A stretch of DNA of 64,000 nucleotides, taken from Octopus vulgaris (Eukaryota). A program made the translations under genes and the position numbers. This document shows, one piece after another, positions 60,622 through 64,000 of the stretch (its first letter is position 1; each line of letters opens with the position of its first letter). The stretch lies in contig OX597819.1 in assembly GCA_951406725.2 (NCBI GenBank), positions 109,306,001-109,370,000 on the forward strand. Direction: 5' to 3'. Below the pieces are notes generated by a model. That model was given only the letters and a program-made list of their open reading frames with translations. It was not told the origin of the DNA and ran no database searches.

Positions 60622-63600
60622 AGAATTAAGATTCTGTCACTCTCAAAGTGTTTTATATCTGGCTCATTCACCTCGAGATTTTCTATCTTCCTGCGCAATA
60701 TTGTTAAATCATTGTTGGCCTTATATTGGTTCCAGTTATCCCTTTCACGTTTTTTTGACTTTTTTCTTTTTGGGTTTCTTAGTTTCTAGAAACCTTCGTC
60801 AGCAATAATCCGGCCATGTAACAGTTGTAGAAGGTATATCAGCGTATATTTAAGACATTTTATATGTCACAATAGGGTATGCGAGTATTTTGAAAATACC
60901 TCACGGAGTGACGACCGTGCCTTGTATGGGTACAGGCTGCCCATTGGCAAGGCATAGAACCCGTTCAGCCACCTTGCCAAAGATACGACGAAGTCATGGG
61001 ACTGCAGTATGGCAGATTGTGAAGAAGAGTTCAGCTGCGCCAAAGGTGCTTCTTACTTTGATGCGGAGCGGAGGAATCCTAGAAGATCGACAATCAGGAT
61101 CACCGAGATCTGCCTAGAGAATAACTACAATGCATCCATAAGGGTGGTCTCCATGGTTGTGTAATCAGCCAATGAAGAATTCACTATGACTCAAGCTCCC
61201 TATTCAGATTCATAATAATAGAATTGGATGGTGTGAAAGCAGCGAAAAGGGGAAAAAATGTCTCAATATATCACAGTTCAAGAGATATTAATACAGCTTT
61301 ATTTATTTATTTATTCATTTATTTATTTATTTATTTATTTATTTGACTCTATGTGATTGTATTTCTCTTAAAATCAGTTTTCTGTCAAGAGAACGAATGA
61401 TATGTAGAATATTTCATAAACACCTGCCGATATTTTTTGTGAAGTAGGAACAGATATCTTCACATTAAGTGAATCCAGTTAATATCTCCACATTGTGCTT
61501 ATCCATCTATCATTTACACACTGTGTTTATCCAGTGTACACCTACACATGATGTCTTCAAGGAAGCCATCAAATACAAAGCAGAGACAAAAGAAATTGAC
61601 ATTTGTAAGGAGAAAGGATAAAAAAACCAAAAAAAAAAACAACAAAAAAACAAAACAAAGAAAAGAAAAAAATGACAAAAAACAAAAACAAACAAAAATG
61701 TGGAAAAGCTCTAATTTAAGTTGAAATTGGAGATACAGAATACCATGCTAAAGCTATGGCAACAGAGACCCAGCCATGGCCAAATAGCTGAACAAAACTA
61801 GACAAAGTGGTAGAGAAAAATCATTTATAACCTGACGTCGTTAGATAGTTGATTGCCTTCTGGAAGCATTTGTATCCGATTCCAGTCTAATTTAGTATGT
61901 CAGTAAAGGTATTGACACCAAGCAAAAAAAAAAAAAAAAAAGGAATGGAGAGAGAGAGAGAGAAAGAGAGGGGAGGGAGAGAGATAGAAAGAGAAAGCTC
62001 TTGAAATATTCCTCTTCTAATAGAGATAAGATTTTTTTGTGTAATTCCTTCTTTTGTCTGTATCCGTAAAACTTAACCATTTACTCATTTACTAGTGTTA
62101 CTTTACTCACATTTAATGTCTTCATGATTCCAGTGCGGTGAATATTGTCAAAAGCCTTCTATCAGGTTGAGTGAAAATGCTTTTTTCGTATTTTTAGTGA
62201 TGGTTTTTAGGAAATTGTATCTTCATGTTATACCATTAATTTGATACAACTTGTCTAATCATTGCTGAATTTTTTTTTTGCATATTCGTAGTCTCCGACA
62301 TTTCAAACGTAGGAATCTGAAAAAATTTTTCAAACAAATATATTTTTCAAGGAGAGGTGCGAAACTGCATTAGCGCCGGGGGCCCATGTAAGTATCTAAG
62401 GCGCCCATCCCCACAAGTTTGAGAATTTTTCATTCACTCCTGGAAGAATACATGAATTATTTCAGCCTGGTTGTGTTTGTAGACAGTTGAAAAGAATACT
62501 TTTAACAAAAAAACCCCCAAAAAACAAACAAATTAAATCCGTTTGCCTGTCCTTGTTTGTCCCCTCTGTGTTTAGCTCCTTGTGGGTAGTAAAGAAATAG
62601 AAATAGGTATTTCGGCTGCCGTTACGTTCCGAGTTCAAATTCCGCCGAGGTCGACTTTGCCTTTCATCCTTTCGGGGTCGATAAATAAGTACCAGTTACG
62701 CACTGGGGTCGATATAATCGACTTAATCCGTTTGTCTGTCCTTGTTTGTCCCCTCTATGTTTAGACCCTTGTGAGCAATAAAGTTGCGGGTGGGCCCCCT
62801 TAGTCTCCTGGCAACCAATATTTTTAGACCCTGTCTGCCACTGCTGGTATACAAGTAAAGGTAGTTGTGTGTTGGATACGGTTGAGAGGTTTTAAGACAG
62901 TTATGAGGAAGGAGATAAAATTGTTGTCTTCCGGTAGATTTAATGAAAGGCGGGAGACAAAATGAGTGTGGCTCAATGAATATGTTCTAGCTATGTGGGA
63001 ACCATCACCTGCGATGGTTCCCACTGGTACGAATCGCCAGCAAGTGTTTGAGTTGATTCGTGCGGCACGACCGTAATGCGATCGTAATACATTACAGAAG
63101 ATGGCGGAAGACGTTTGATATCTGAAAGTGTATGCAAAGTAAGCAGTTAGGTAGTTGGAATCCGATTTGAAGGAGAGGGGGTTGCAAGTCTGCTCGGATC
63201 TGCTGGAGACGTTTGAACCCAGTGAAAACACATTCTCTCCGCCCCGCCCCTGATCTTGTGAAAGGGAATGAAACGTGAGCATATCTTTATGATCTGAAAA
63301 CGAGGGTTTACAGCATGGAATTGCGTCACACCTTTCCTTAAAGGCATCGGAAGTTCCTCTGTTCTTGACTTTGGGCTGTGTCTTCCCAGGTCTTATTGAG
63401 TTTGAATTGTCATCGATACTTCTGTAACATTGATTGCTTCCAGGTAGGGCTACTGACCTTACGCAAACCCATTTTTACCTCAGGGAAGAGATTGTCCTAT
63501 ACTCGTCTGGTCTTTATCCTTTACTCTGTCCAGCATGGAATGCCATATCAAGAGCTTGCGCTCTGCTGCTAGAGCTCTCAGCTTCATCAGGACACACAAG

Positions 63601-63632
63601 CCTCCACACTGCAATAAGGACTGGATCTTGTG

Positions 63633-63702
<70 letters not shown>

Positions 63703-64000
63703 ACACACACACACTCACACACACACATACACACGCACACGCACACACACACACAAACACACACACACACACACAACTATCATACTATTGACAGGTAAGC
63801 TACTTTTGCTTATTGATAAGCAAGCTATTTTCGAGATAAAATCTTTCATAGACTTACTGTGGTAAAAAACACAATATATATGTATATATATATATATCAG
63901 TATATCAGAAGAGACAAAAAAATTGTCCCTGCAGTCGCTAGTGAGAACAGTAGATGTATTTCGGTCCTGTTGAGCCTTGTAAATGATGTGTACTGTCAGC

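Noticed and set aside
62824-63282. 152-aa minus-strand ORF as a gene
   Set aside because: No recognisable domain or splice support; noted only as unexplained sequence

Overview
AT-rich, repeat-dense animal genomic DNA. The SINE and microsatellite landscape suggests an octopus (inferred, not proven). Three protein-coding genes can be assembled by hand from canonical GT-AG splice sites. Two are divergently transcribed inward-rectifier K+ channel (Kir/KCNJ) genes: a 3-exon gene on the minus strand (24004->9970, about 379 aa) and a single-coding-exon gene on the plus strand (27226-28380, 384 aa). The third is an 11-exon TRMT44 tRNA U44 2'-O-methyltransferase on the minus strand (54445->34729, about 723 aa). 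The rest is tRNA-derived SINEs, CR1/RTE/Tx1 LINE fragments, Helitron/hAT/mariner/piggyBac-like remnants and simple repeats. Four things stand out. (1) A TSD-flanked, head-to-head palindromic retroelement, present twice, whose arms combine a tRNA-like Pol III promoter with a minimal type I hammerhead ribozyme. (2) Both Kir channels replace the conserved post-GYG Arg with Val (Kir7.1-like). (3) A 750-bp foldback element with telomere-like repeats sits 48 nt after a Kir stop codon. (4) An inverted duplication near the window start has two facing GTAAGT donor sites. All coordinates and alignments were read by eye; no database searches were run.
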